DNA of 52,931 bases from a virus (taxonomy: Duplodnaviria > Caudoviricetes): IMG/VR virus record IMGVR_UViG_3300025849_000049, positions 1 through 52,931 of that record; one strand, given 5' to 3'. Position 1 is the first letter of the stretch. Every line of letters begins with the position of its first letter. Shown in pieces: positions 19,328 to 29,686 of this stretch. The notes under the pieces are model-generated. The model was not told the DNA's origin. It saw only the letters and a list, made by a program, of their open reading frames with translations, and did no database searches. Position numbers and translations under genes: made by a program.

Positions 19328-19501
19328 ATGATGCAAGATGGGGACAAGGCTGCACTAGATATAGGTGCTTTAGGCGTAACAGCAGGAGCATTGTTTGAGG
19401 TACTTCCTAGTGTCACAGCCTTGGCCTCACTTATTTGGGTATGTATCAGAATCTACGAAACAGAAACGATACAGGGTTTATTAGGTAAACAGAAGGATTA
19501 A
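19328..19501 (+). CDS. Unannotated 57-aa membrane protein, holin-like
   Basis: MMQDGDKAALDIGALGVTAGALFEVLPSVTALASLIWVCIRIYETETIQGLLGKQKD; AAGGA SD. Confidence 0.7.
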   Translation: MMQDGDKAALDIGALGVTAGALFEVLPSVTALASLIWVCIRIYETETIQGLLGKQKD

Positions 19502-19504
19502 ATA

Positions 19505-20395
19505 ATGGCGTCTACATTTACAACTAGAACTAGATTAGAAAAACAAGGTGATGGCGAGAACGCTAATACCTGGGGGCTTAGGCTCAATCAAAATACAATT
19601 GACCTTGTAGATGATGCTGTAGCTGGATATGAAACAATCAGTGTTGACGCTGTAACATCTATTACCCTTACAGCTAATAACGGAACACCTGACCAAGCAC
19701 GTAACTTGGCATTAAGATTTACTGGTGCGTTAGCTGCTCCCTGTACTGTAGTTGCTCCTAACGCAGAAAAAGTTTATTTTTTAAATAATGAAACCACGGG
19801 CAATCAACCTATAATTTTAAAAGCAGGCAGTACCTCTGAAACTATTTATCCTAGTGCACCTACATTAATTGCTACTGATGGAACAAACTCAATGAAGCTT
19901 TCTGGGTTTGCCCCAGGAACAAGAATCCCTTTTGAAAATAATGCTGCTCCTGTAGGCTGGACTGTTGTTACAGACTCAGCGCACAACAACGCAGCCCTTA
20001 GAATTGTTAATGCTGCCGTAAGCGGCGCCCAGACAGGCGGCTCGAATACATTTAACTCTGTGTTTAATACAGCTATTGTTGTTTCTGTTCAGGGAAATAC
20101 AGGTCAAACCGCCTTATCAGGTGCTACTCAAAGTACAACTTTGTCAATTGGACAGATACCCGCACACAGTCACGATATTCCATCGCAGCCCCTGGGTGGC
20201 TCTATAAACGGCGTGACAACAAGGGGCGACACTGTGGGTAACGCAGGAATTTTAGATACAAGTAGTGTAGGCGGCAATCAAGGACACACTCATAGCCTTG
20301 CGGGAAGCTCCCCTCATGTGCATACAGTAAGCATTACAGATTCATTTAATTTAGATGTAAAATATGTTAACCTTATTGTATGCGAGAAAGATTAA
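19505..20395 (+). CDS. Short tail fibre/collar protein
   Basis: APVGWT collar motif; TLSIGQIPAHSH and GHTHS His motifs. Confidence 0.75.
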   Translation: MASTFTTRTRLEKQGDGENANTWGLRLNQNTIDLVDDAVAGYETISVDAVTSITLTANNGTPDQARNLALRFTGALAAPCTVVAPNAEKVYFLNNETTGNQPIILKAGSTSETIYPSAPTLIATDGTNSMKLSGFAPGTRIPFENNAAPVGWTVVTDSAHNNAALRIVNAAVSGAQTGGSNTFNSVFNTAIVVSVQGNTGQTALSGATQSTTLSIGQIPAHSHDIPSQPLGGSINGVTTRGDTVGNAGILDTSSVGGNQGHTHSLAGSSPHVHTVSITDSFNLDVKYVNLIVCEKD

Positions 20396-20398
20396 TTA

Positions 20399-20689
20399 AT
20401 GGAATTAAAAGTTAAGAACGGTTGCCCAATAAATAACTTTGAACCGTGTAAGCAACTAGACTGTGCCTGGTTTACAAAACTAGCAGGTAAAAACCCACAG
20501 GGTGCAAAAGAAGTAGAGGAGTGGGGGTGTGCTATTACAATGCTCCCTCTTCTTATGGTAGCTCAAACAAATGCTACCAGACATACAGCAGGGGCTGTTG
20601 AAAGTTTTAGAAATGTAGTGTCAACACAACAAGAGGAACTGTTGGGTTTAGCCAAGGCAGGAGAAGTTGAAACAAAACTTATTAAATAA
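20399..20689 (+). CDS. Cys-rich hypothetical protein, possibly fibre-associated
   Basis: CP...PCKQLDCAWF...WGCAI. Confidence 0.7.
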   Translation: MELKVKNGCPINNFEPCKQLDCAWFTKLAGKNPQGAKEVEEWGCAITMLPLLMVAQTNATRHTAGAVESFRNVVSTQQEELLGLAKAGEVETKLIK

Positions 20690-22545
20690 TGGCATCAACA
20701 GATACAGAATTATTTTTAATAGACTTTGTACCTGGCTTTCACAGAGAGTCAACCCGTTATGCTGAGCAGGGTAAATGGTTTGATGGTAACCGTGTACGCT
20801 TTCGTGATAAGAAACCAGAAAACATAAGAGGATATAATAAGTTTACAGACGATACTGTAAGTGGTTTTGCTCGTGATTTACTTACGTGGTCAGACAACGA
20901 TACTCGTAAGTATCAGGGCTATGGCACAAATACTCAACTATATGTTACAAAAAACGAAACTCAATACGATGTCACTCCAGCAACTACAGTTGTTTCTGTA
21001 GCCAATAACTTCTATACTACAAACGGGGAAACTGTTGTTAAAGTTAGCCTGACAAACAATAACGTAAGTGTTTCTGATAGGGTTGTTTTTACTGGTGTTA
21101 ATGCTTTTCAAAGTACCAGCGTAAACGGAACAAAAGCTGTTGTTAGTGTGTCAGGTGCAAATGTTTTTTATGTTTCTGCTAATGCTACGGCTGTAGGTAC
21201 GGCTTCAAATGTAGGCGGTACTGATGGTACCATTAGTATTTTATTAGCTAATCAAGAGTCTAATAACATTCAGGGGCTTGGTTATGGCGCTGGTGTTTAC
21301 AATGCTGCTGCTGTGACCTCAGTAGGAGCAAGAGCTTGGAATCAGCCCGCTGAAGAGTCTGATATTATTTTCTTAGGAGCTATGTGGACTCTGGACAACT
21401 GGGGTGAAGACATGCTTGCTCTTCGTCGTGGTGAGAAAGTCAATTATTTTGAAACAGATGCCTCTGTTGTTCCTGTTCGAGCTTCTGTTGTGGACACATG
21501 CCCACTAGGAAACTATGTGCTTGTGTCTCCAAACGATAGGCACACTATTTTGTACGGCTCACAAGAGTTTGGTACCTCTGCAGCTGCGCCTATTAACCCA
21601 ATGACAGTGCGCTGGGCTGACCAGAATAACTTCAGAGAGTGGACACCCTCTGCTGCTAATACATCTGGTGAGGTTTTGCTGACAGAAGGCTCCTCTCTTA
21701 TGGGTGCTATACGTTCTCGTAATGCTATTAACCTTTGGACAGACCAAGCAATGTATACACAAACATTTGTAGGGCCTCCATTTATTTTTAACTTTACTCA
21801 GGTTGGCTCTAACTGTGGTCTTATTGGCACACATGCCTGTGTAGATGTAGACGGTGTTTCTTATTGGATGGGTGACAATAACTTCTATATGTATGATGGT
21901 CGTGTAAGAACAATGGACTGCACTATTCGTAGGTACTTGTTTAACGATTTCAATATGACACAAAAAGAAAAGGTTTACGCTGGTATCAACTCAGAGTTTA
22001 AAGAAATTATTTGGTTGTATCCTATGACTAGCTCTGAAGAGCCTAATGGTTATGTTATTTACAACTACGAAGAGGATACATGGGTATATGGCAAACTATT
22101 TGAAGAAGGAATTGTAACTGTTTTTCAAGATAGAAATACGTTTGGCAATACAATTACAATTGGGCGTGTCTCTGCAACAGATAATATGTATGTATACAAC
22201 AACGAGCCTAATGGAATCTATACAGGCAACAACAAAAATCTTTCTTCTTTCTTAGAGTCTGCGCAATTTGAAATTAATAATGGTAATGAAATAATGTTTG
22301 TTGACAGAATTATTCCAGACTATACATTTACTAATGACGAAACCCTCCAGTTCTTTATAACAACTCGTGAGTATCCTAACTCTACAAAGAAAGAAAAAGG
22401 TCCCTATACTATAGGTGAGACGACTAATAAAATAAACTTGCGTGCCAGAGGCAGGGAGTCTTCTGTTAGGGTATCTGCTACAGGCAACGGTGGTTGGCGT
22501 TGGGGTTCTGTAAGGTTGTCTATGCAAACAGATGGTGACCGCTAA
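20689..22545 (+). CDS. Tail nozzle/DNA stabilisation protein (P22 gp10-like)
   Basis: 618 aa, beta-propeller-like, precedes the ejection proteins. Confidence 0.7.
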   Translation: MASTDTELFLIDFVPGFHRESTRYAEQGKWFDGNRVRFRDKKPENIRGYNKFTDDTVSGFARDLLTWSDNDTRKYQGYGTNTQLYVTKNETQYDVTPATTVVSVANNFYTTNGETVVKVSLTNNNVSVSDRVVFTGVNAFQSTSVNGTKAVVSVSGANVFYVSANATAVGTASNVGGTDGTISILLANQESNNIQGLGYGAGVYNAAAVTSVGARAWNQPAEESDIIFLGAMWTLDNWGEDMLALRRGEKVNYFETDASVVPVRASVVDTCPLGNYVLVSPNDRHTILYGSQEFGTSAAAPINPMTVRWADQNNFREWTPSAANTSGEVLLTEGSSLMGAIRSRNAINLWTDQAMYTQTFVGPPFIFNFTQVGSNCGLIGTHACVDVDGVSYWMGDNNFYMYDGRVRTMDCTIRRYLFNDFNMTQKEKVYAGINSEFKEIIWLYPMTSSEEPNGYVIYNYEEDTWVYGKLFEEGIVTVFQDRNTFGNTITIGRVSATDNMYVYNNEPNGIYTGNNKNLSSFLESAQFEINNGNEIMFVDRIIPDYTFTNDETLQFFITTREYPNSTKKEKGPYTIGETTNKINLRARGRESSVRVSATGNGGWRWGSVRLSMQTDGDR

Positions 22546-22808
22546 TGGCTAATTATCCTAGATTTACTCTTAATGCCCAAGCAGAGGTAGACGAGTTTAA
22601 ACGGACAATGATAGCGTGGGCTAACGAATTAACCCGTGAGTTAGACTCCGAAGATATTAAGTTGGCTGCTACACCCTCCACTAATATTTATACCGTGGTA
22701 TCCACATCAGAAATTGGCAGACCTGCTAATGGAAATGTTGCATATTCAATAAGCGCCTCTAAGTTTAGGGGATATGTTGAGGGAACTGGCTGGGTTGATT
22801 TTAATTAA
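22545..22808 (+). CDS. Hypothetical protein
   Basis: TAATG coupling to the nozzle gene. Confidence 0.7.
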   Translation: MANYPRFTLNAQAEVDEFKRTMIAWANELTRELDSEDIKLAATPSTNIYTVVSTSEIGRPANGNVAYSISASKFRGYVEGTGWVDFN

Positions 22809-22842
22809 TAGACTGGTATATAAGGGTACTTTATAGTATAAT
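22809..22842 (+). promoter_or_regulatory. Sigma70-type promoter(s) for ejection proteins
   Basis: TAGACT-N17-TATAGT and an overlapping TATAAT at 22837-22842. Confidence 0.5.
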
Positions 22843-23496
22843 ATGACAATGTACGAAGGACTTAGAAACTTATTGCAATTAAAAGGCCAGGGCATGGCAG
22901 AAGACATGTCTGGGTTTCAGCGTAAGTTTGACTTAAAGTCTTTGATTCCTATTATGGCACAGCAGGCAATGCCTCAACAACAAAGACAGGCTATGCAGCA
23001 ACAACAACAACCCATGCCTACACCTCCCATGCCTTCTGCTCCTTCTTTTCAGTATGGTGGCGAATTAAAGATGGAAGAGGGTGGTATGCTTACAGGCGGT
23101 GACTTTGTTATTGATGCACACACTGTAGCGGCTATTGGTAATGGTTCCTCTCAAGCAGGCGGTGAAGTCTTAGACAACATGATGCCTAATGTAGAGAATC
23201 CAGATGAAAGCTTTAGAGGTCTTGTATCTGCAGAGACTGGTGATGGCATGTCTGATAACGTGTCATATGAAGTTGAGGGTGACGAACAGATTAATCAGGC
23301 TTTAATAAGTAAGGACGAATACATTGTAGACCGTGACCAAGTTATTGCTTTGGGCAATGGAGATGAGGACGCAGGCACTGCTAGATTAGAAGCACTAAGA
23401 GAAAAAATTAGACAACTAAAGTTTGGCACTAAAAAACAGCCAGAGGAAATTAACTCAACAGAAGTTATACAAACAGTATTAGAAGGAACTGAGTAG
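22843..23496 (+). CDS. Putative internal virion protein with internal duplication
   Basis: DFVIDAHTVAAIGNG and EYIVDRDQVIALGNG; GG motifs. Confidence 0.65.
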   Translation: MTMYEGLRNLLQLKGQGMAEDMSGFQRKFDLKSLIPIMAQQAMPQQQRQAMQQQQQPMPTPPMPSAPSFQYGGELKMEEGGMLTGGDFVIDAHTVAAIGNGSSQAGGEVLDNMMPNVENPDESFRGLVSAETGDGMSDNVSYEVEGDEQINQALISKDEYIVDRDQVIALGNGDEDAGTARLEALREKIRQLKFGTKKQPEEINSTEVIQTVLEGTE

Positions 23497-23498
23497 CT

Positions 23499-25562
23499 AT
23501 GGGATTTTTTAGCGGTAAAACAAAACAGATTACTACTGGTGGTAATATAATTAGAGGGATTAAAGACGAGGGTACGGCTCTTCGTCCTCTTATTGACAGG
23601 GCAATTCAAGCTGGTGATGAACCTTATCAAGGTTTCGGTACTGACGCAAGAATCGCAGGCTTTACAGACCCACAGGTAGCAGGTCAAGAAGCGGCACTTG
23701 GTGTTGCTGGTCAAGGAATTGGTGGTCTACAGGGGATACAGCAGGGCATTGCAGGTTTACGCCAAACTGCAGCAGGAGCATATCAACCATTAACACAACA
23801 AGACATTGCTGCTCAACGCCAGTTGTTAGCTGGTTCTGAGGACGCTCAAAAGCTTGCCGCAGAACGTGCGTTTAAAGAAGGTCTTATGGATATAGGCGGA
23901 GCAGCTGCTGGAAGTGCTGGCGGTTATACTGGTACTCGTGCTGACCTACTAAGGGGAGATGCTCTTGGTACATATTCTATGGGTTTAGCTGGTATTGAAG
24001 GTGATTTGCAAAAACAGGCATATCAAGGAGCGCTAGACCAACGTGCCTTGGCTGCACAAGAAGCTAATCAGATGGCACAACTATATGGTCTGGAGGCAGG
24101 AGCAGAAGCTGATGTCTACGGCAGACAACTGGGACAAGCTCAGACTCAGATGGACGTTGGTGCTTTACAACAGGCACAAGAGCAAGCTCGTAGAGATTTT
24201 GATTATCAAGAGTTCCTTGAAGAACAAAACGACCCATTCCTTAAGGCTCAGAAAGCAACAGGTGCCGTTACAGATTTCTCAACTTTGTTTACACCACAAC
24301 AGACCACACTTCAGAAAAAGAAGAGTGGCTTTGATAGGGCATTGGGTGTGGGTATGATGGTTGCTGGTGCAACTATGGGCCTTCCTCCTGCTGCTACTGC
24401 GTCTTTAATGGGTGCTGGCGCTGGCCAAGCTTCGTCGGCATATGGCGGAAGACTAAGAAAGTATGCTGCAGGCTCTACCGTAGGGGGTTCTCCTATGACA
24501 GTTAATAGTATCTTGGCATCTAAAACAAGTCAAAGGCCTCAGCAAGATTTTTTTGGTGGAATGAGTGAGTCTGAGTTTGATGCAATTGATGCTGATATAA
24601 CACAGGCCGATGCAGATAATGCTGCAATGGATAGGGCAAACAAGTACAGTAATATAGCTAAGGCTTTTGGAGAAACTAAAGTAGCACCAGAGGGTTCTGG
24701 TTTGGGTCAACCAATGGGAGGTCCTACGACATCTCAGCAACAAGGTGCTGGTGATAGGCGTATTGAATATCGAAGAGGTATTGCTCGTGCTAATGGTGGC
24801 TCTATTGCTCTTGAAGAGGGTGGTATATTAAGCCGTGTGTTTGGAGGAGCAAAGAATATTGCTTCTAGTATTGGCAGTGGTATTGCTACTGGCGCATCTA
24901 ATGCCTACCAAAACTTTCAGAATATGTCACCTGAAGATAAAATGAGATATGGCTTAGCTATTCTAGCAGAAGAAGATAAGGTGGGAGACTCTGGTGGTCA
25001 GGCTCTTGCTCGTGCTGTCTCTGGTGTTAAAGAAGAAAAACGTGCTGAAGACCTAGAAAAAGAAAAGTTAGAAGCTGCTAGAGCTAAAACTGCTGCCTCA
25101 GAACGTCTTTTAAGAGGAGGCACCACATCTGATTCTGTGCTTGAGAATGCTTTTAAAGATAAATTTACCTCTGCTCAGATTGCTTCTCCAGGATACGGAA
25201 TTATACTGCAAAAAGCTAAACAATATGCAAGGGATAAAAGCATTGAAGCGGCGCAAAAAGGGCTAATTGCTAGAACAGCCGTTGAAAGAGACAACCTTGC
25301 ACAGAATTTAATGATTGAATTTGCAGATAGGGCTTTGGCAGACCCTGCTTATATGAATATGCTAGTGGCAGGCGCCGCTGGTCAAAAATCTGGTGGCGTT
25401 AGTGGTCCTTCTTTGCCACCTTTCCCTCAAGGTCTTGTTGCTACTACAGCACCTATAGCATCTAGTCCTTTGGCGCCACCACCACCACCACCGTCATCGC
25501 CAATTGTAGTAAGCAACACTATGCAACAGGTAAAAGGCGCTAAAGTTAAAGCCTTACCTTAG
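23499..25562 (+). CDS. Putative DNA ejection protein
   Basis: Ala/Gly/Gln-rich helical protein, hydrophobic Gly-rich segment, Pro-rich end. Confidence 0.65.
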   Translation: MGFFSGKTKQITTGGNIIRGIKDEGTALRPLIDRAIQAGDEPYQGFGTDARIAGFTDPQVAGQEAALGVAGQGIGGLQGIQQGIAGLRQTAAGAYQPLTQQDIAAQRQLLAGSEDAQKLAAERAFKEGLMDIGGAAAGSAGGYTGTRADLLRGDALGTYSMGLAGIEGDLQKQAYQGALDQRALAAQEANQMAQLYGLEAGAEADVYGRQLGQAQTQMDVGALQQAQEQARRDFDYQEFLEEQNDPFLKAQKATGAVTDFSTLFTPQQTTLQKKKSGFDRALGVGMMVAGATMGLPPAATASLMGAGAGQASSAYGGRLRKYAAGSTVGGSPMTVNSILASKTSQRPQQDFFGGMSESEFDAIDADITQADADNAAMDRANKYSNIAKAFGETKVAPEGSGLGQPMGGPTTSQQQGAGDRRIEYRRGIARANGGSIALEEGGILSRVFGGAKNIASSIGSGIATGASNAYQNFQNMSPEDKMRYGLAILAEEDKVGDSGGQALARAVSGVKEEKRAEDLEKEKLEAARAKTAASERLLRGGTTSDSVLENAFKDKFTSAQIASPGYGIILQKAKQYARDKSIEAAQKGLIARTAVERDNLAQNLMIEFADRALADPAYMNMLVAGAAGQKSGGVSGPSLPPFPQGLVATTAPIASSPLAPPPPPPSSPIVVSNTMQQVKGAKVKALP

Positions 25563-25598
25563 ACAGCACAGTATAACCCGTAGTAGTAAAGGCATAAC

Positions 25599-28500
25599 AT
25601 GGTATTAAGTATACGTTCAAAAACTTTTCAAGATGCTATTACAGATGTTGAAAGCAAAATTGACTCAGGGGAAATCACAACTCAACAAGACTTGCGTGGC
25701 TATTTAGAAACCAAAGAAATTGATTACGATGATTTTGTCGGGACAAATGAAGAGTTCGTATCTGCACAGCAAGCTGGTGAAGATGATTTTGTAGCTAGGA
25801 CAAGTGTTCCTGGTCGTGTTGTGGGCCGTGCTTTGGGTGATACTTACGAGGGTTTAAAAGTTGCAGGTGAAATGATTGCCCCTGAGTTTATTGAAGATGC
25901 TTTTGGTAAGGCTGCTGAAGCTGTAGGAGAATACATTCCTGAAGATATTAAAGTAGCAGCAAGTGAAATGTTTGACCCGTATCACGGGGAAGGAACTGGT
26001 GCTGGTATTGAAGAAGTTGTTGGAACAATTGGCTCTTATATTGTCCCTGGAATGGCTGGAGTTAAAATTCTCAATGCTGCTGGCAAAGGAGCAAAAGCAG
26101 TAAGAGCGGCTTCTCCTGGAGCAAGGGCAGTCACAAATAAAATAGCTAAAAAAGTTGGACAAGAGGGACGCAAGAGAGCAAAGAAAGTTGTTGGTGTTGT
26201 TACTCCTGCTGTTGGTTTTGCTGGTGGGGCTACCGTTGTAGAGAAGCCAGAAGAAAATTTAGTTAACACAATGATTGAACAGTTTCCTGAGTCGGAGCAA
26301 TACCTAAGCCGTTTAGCCATTGACCCTAATGATTCAGAAGCTAAACAGTATACTCAAGCTTTTATTAATAACTTAGGTCTGGAGGCAATCGCTACCCCTA
26401 TAGCTCTAGGAGCTTTTGTAGCTGCTAAGGCTGCTGCTAAAGGTACAGGTAAAGTTATAGGTAAAGCTGTTCCTCAAAGTATAAAACAAAACTTTACAGC
26501 TAATCTAGGAACTGATGACATTACTGGTGGTCTTCTTGTTGAAAGAGGTCAGGCAACAGAAGCAGCAATGGTAAGAGCAACTGCCTTAGCAGACGAGCTA
26601 GAAAATGCCGTATCAAAAGAATATAAAAATAAAGCAACCAGCCCTGAATTAATTTCAAAAATGAATAAGGCTCTTGAGGGAGATGAAAAATCTTTTGCTG
26701 GTTTAAAGCCCAAGACACAAACGCTTTTAAAAGAAATGCGCACCAGTCTTGATGAGGTAGGTGCAGATGTTCTTAAGGGAGCTAAGGGTAAATTTTTTGG
26801 TAGTGTTAAAGCTAATTTACCAGGAGAAGAAAAAAAGCTAGGTACTTATGTTACAAAATCATATGACTTTTTTGATGACCCCCGCTACAAAAAAGATGTA
26901 TTAAAAAAATACAGCGAGTTTCGACAGGGAAGGTCTTCTGCAGAAGATGCTCCTTTTGGAGATGCTATTGATGCGTTAAAAAAACAATATGATATTGATG
27001 ATATAGAAGCAACTGATTACTTAGACAAACTGCTTGGGCATGGTGTATATGCAAAAGAAGGTGCTGATGAGGGGCTGCTTAGAGACATGGTTGGTAGCTT
27101 AGTTAACCGCAGTCAAGGCTCTTCAACAGCTAAAGTTGGTAAAGGTCGAACAGATGTTCCTGACGAAGTGAAAAACTTGCTGGGTGAAGTAAGCGACCCA
27201 TTTAGAAACTACGTTAAAACCTTTACTAACCTTGCAAAGATTAATGCAGAGTCTAAGTTTATGGATGAAATAGCTGACCACCTTGTTAAAAACGGAATAG
27301 CTAAAACAGAAAAACCTGTTGATGGTCTTAACTACTATGGTTTAAAAGATTTAGCAAAGGACCGTCTTTCTGGTATAGTAGGTCAAGGTACTGCTAGAGA
27401 AGGAATCACTAACCCCTTAGAAAATCTTTATGTAACAAAAGAATATAGAGACGCACTGCAACAAGGCTATGATGCTGTAGATATTTCAAGTCCAGCTATG
27501 AAAACTTGGATGAAAGCCAAGGGTTTGTCTCAATCTGCTAAAACAGTCTATAGTCCTGTAACTCATGGACGCAACGTAATGGGTAACTTCTTTTTTCTAG
27601 GCGCCAACGGTATGCTAGGCCCTAAAGGAAGCTTAAAGGCTCTTAAAAGTATTACCTCTAATTTAAGGGGACTAAAAAATAAAGAGCTTAGGGATAAATA
27701 TGCTAGATACGTAGAGCTAGGCATTGCTAATAGTGGTGTTAACTTAGGTGTTATGCGCAACAACTTACGTGCTTTTGATAAGGCTCCTGATAAGTGGCTT
27801 GCTAAATCTGGTAGAAGCGCTAAAGAGTTTACAAAAGATTCAGCTAAGGGCCTTGACAGAACCCTTAAAGATTTGTATCAAGCTGAAGATGATTTATTTA
27901 AAATCATGCACTTTGAAAAATCATTAGACCTTGTAAAAAAATCTAAGAAATATAGAGACCTTCCTATTGAGCAGCAAGAACGCATAGCAGCGCAGCGCAC
28001 ACGTGATTTAATGCCTAACTATAACCTTGTTCCAAAAGCTATTAAAGGTTTGCGTGGTTCTGTGGTTAGTGACTTTGTGTCCTTCCCTGCTGAGCTTATT
28101 CGTGTGTCTAAAAACCTTGCTAAATATTCAATGGATGACCTAGCTACTGGTGATGCAGCCTTTATGGGGTCAGCCGCCAAACGCTTAGGGGGTATGACTG
28201 CAATTGGTCTTGCTGGTGACATGGCTTCTGACTTCACTAAAAATATTCATGGCATTACAGCAGAGCAAGAATTTGAAATGGATAATGTCGATGCTCCTTG
28301 GCAGGCACGTACAGATAAACTATATCTAAGTGGTATTGAAAAAGATAAGAATGGTAAGTATGGAGTAGATGTTTTTAATCTAGGATATATTGACCCGTTT
28401 AGTTATGTTAAAACTTTTGCTAAAGCAGCGCATCAAGGTATTGCAAAAAACGAAGAGCTAACAGAAACCGAACTACAGAAGCTTGCCTTTGGTGCATTAA

Positions 28501-29240
28501 CACAAGCTGTAAGCCCTTTTATTGCTCCTTCAATGTTAACAGAAGGCTTGATAAAGGGCTATGGTGTTGCTACTTCATCTGGTGATACGGCGCTAGATAA
28601 AACATTAGACGCTACTAAAGCTGTTGTAGGTGTGTTTACTCCTGGTTTTGGTGATTTTATTTACAAAAACAGGCAGTATGAAAAGAGTAAAGAAAAGTGG
28701 GATGAAGTTGGTGAGCTACCTAGAAAGAAAAGCGGGGCCACTTGGGCTGGTGGTGAAGTAGACATGCCTGCATTCTTTGGATTAAAGCGCTCACGTCAAG
28801 ATTTGTCTAGTGGTCAATCATGGGCATTAAAGGATGGTCTTAAAAACGCAGCACAAGCTGGTAATGATTTAACTAGAGAGCTTAATACTAACTTTAATCT
28901 TACAGATGATGACAAACAAGACGTCTTAGATAAGTTTGTCAAAGCTCAAGATAAAAAAGTTGGTGCTTACAAAGAACTACACTCATTGGTTGATTCCTAT
29001 AAAACTCTTTACGGCGATAATTTTGTAGATGCTTTTTATAGTGAAGTTAAAAATCTAAAGGGTGTAGATAAAAAGAATATTGATAATGTTATTAATAATG
29101 TTTACGAACCTTTTGTATTTAAACCAAGTAATAAGGTGTTGCAAGAGACCAGACCTGGTATTCCATATGCAGAATTTGTAGAGGTTAATAGGGCTTTACA
29201 AGGAAACTTAATTGAAGACCCTAAGAAAAAGGATGACTAA
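25599..29240 (+). CDS. Large internal virion/ejection protein
   Basis: 1213 aa, helical, last of the ejection set. Confidence 0.65.
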   Translation: MVLSIRSKTFQDAITDVESKIDSGEITTQQDLRGYLETKEIDYDDFVGTNEEFVSAQQAGEDDFVARTSVPGRVVGRALGDTYEGLKVAGEMIAPEFIEDAFGKAAEAVGEYIPEDIKVAASEMFDPYHGEGTGAGIEEVVGTIGSYIVPGMAGVKILNAAGKGAKAVRAASPGARAVTNKIAKKVGQEGRKRAKKVVGVVTPAVGFAGGATVVEKPEENLVNTMIEQFPESEQYLSRLAIDPNDSEAKQYTQAFINNLGLEAIATPIALGAFVAAKAAAKGTGKVIGKAVPQSIKQNFTANLGTDDITGGLLVERGQATEAAMVRATALADELENAVSKEYKNKATSPELISKMNKALEGDEKSFAGLKPKTQTLLKEMRTSLDEVGADVLKGAKGKFFGSVKANLPGEEKKLGTYVTKSYDFFDDPRYKKDVLKKYSEFRQGRSSAEDAPFGDAIDALKKQYDIDDIEATDYLDKLLGHGVYAKEGADEGLLRDMVGSLVNRSQGSSTAKVGKGRTDVPDEVKNLLGEVSDPFRNYVKTFTNLAKINAESKFMDEIADHLVKNGIAKTEKPVDGLNYYGLKDLAKDRLSGIVGQGTAREGITNPLENLYVTKEYRDALQQGYDAVDISSPAMKTWMKAKGLSQSAKTVYSPVTHGRNVMGNFFFLGANGMLGPKGSLKALKSITSNLRGLKNKELRDKYARYVELGIANSGVNLGVMRNNLRAFDKAPDKWLAKSGRSAKEFTKDSAKGLDRTLKDLYQAEDDLFKIMHFEKSLDLVKKSKKYRDLPIEQQERIAAQRTRDLMPNYNLVPKAIKGLRGSVVSDFVSFPAELIRVSKNLAKYSMDDLATGDAAFMGSAAKRLGGMTAIGLAGDMASDFTKNIHGITAEQEFEMDNVDAPWQARTDKLYLSGIEKDKNGKYGVDVFNLGYIDPFSYVKTFAKAAHQGIAKNEELTETELQKLAFGALTQAVSPFIAPSMLTEGLIKGYGVATSSGDTALDKTLDATKAVVGVFTPGFGDFIYKNRQYEKSKEKWDEVGELPRKKSGATWAGGEVDMPAFFGLKRSRQDLSSGQSWALKDGLKNAAQAGNDLTRELNTNFNLTDDDKQDVLDKFVKAQDKKVGAYKELHSLVDSYKTLYGDNFVDAFYSEVKNLKGVDKKNIDNVINNVYEPFVFKPSNKVLQETRPGIPYAEFVEVNRALQGNLIEDPKKKDD

Positions 29241-29686
29241 TGAAACTAAGTAGAAACTTTTCACTAGGTGAGTTGACCAAGAGTCAAACAGCTTTGCGTA
29301 TGGGTATTGATAATAATCCTACGCCAGAGGACTTGTATAACCTACACCTGTTGTGCGATAATATACTACAGCCAGTGCGTGAGCATTTTGGTAGAGCCGT
29401 AACCATCAGTAGTGGATACAGGTCAGAAGATTTATGTGTTGCCATTGGCAGCAGCAGGAAGAGTCAACATGCCAAGGGACAGGCAGCTGACTTTGAGATT
29501 TTTGGCGTGGACAATAAAGAGGTAGCCGAATGGATTCGGGATGTCTTGGACTTTGACCAGCTGATACTAGAGTTTTACAACGAGAACGACCCGTCTTCAG
29601 GTTGGGTGCATTGTAGTTATGCAGAAGATAACCGTGGGTCTGTCCTTAGATACGACGGCACAAACTATATAGAAGGATTAGAATAA
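29240..29686 (+). CDS. Endolysin, peptidase M15A family
   Basis: SGYRS...SQHAKGQAAD...WVHCS zinc-peptidase motifs. Confidence 0.9.
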   Translation: MKLSRNFSLGELTKSQTALRMGIDNNPTPEDLYNLHLLCDNILQPVREHFGRAVTISSGYRSEDLCVAIGSSRKSQHAKGQAADFEIFGVDNKEVAEWIRDVLDFDQLILEFYNENDPSSGWVHCSYAEDNRGSVLRYDGTNYIEGLE

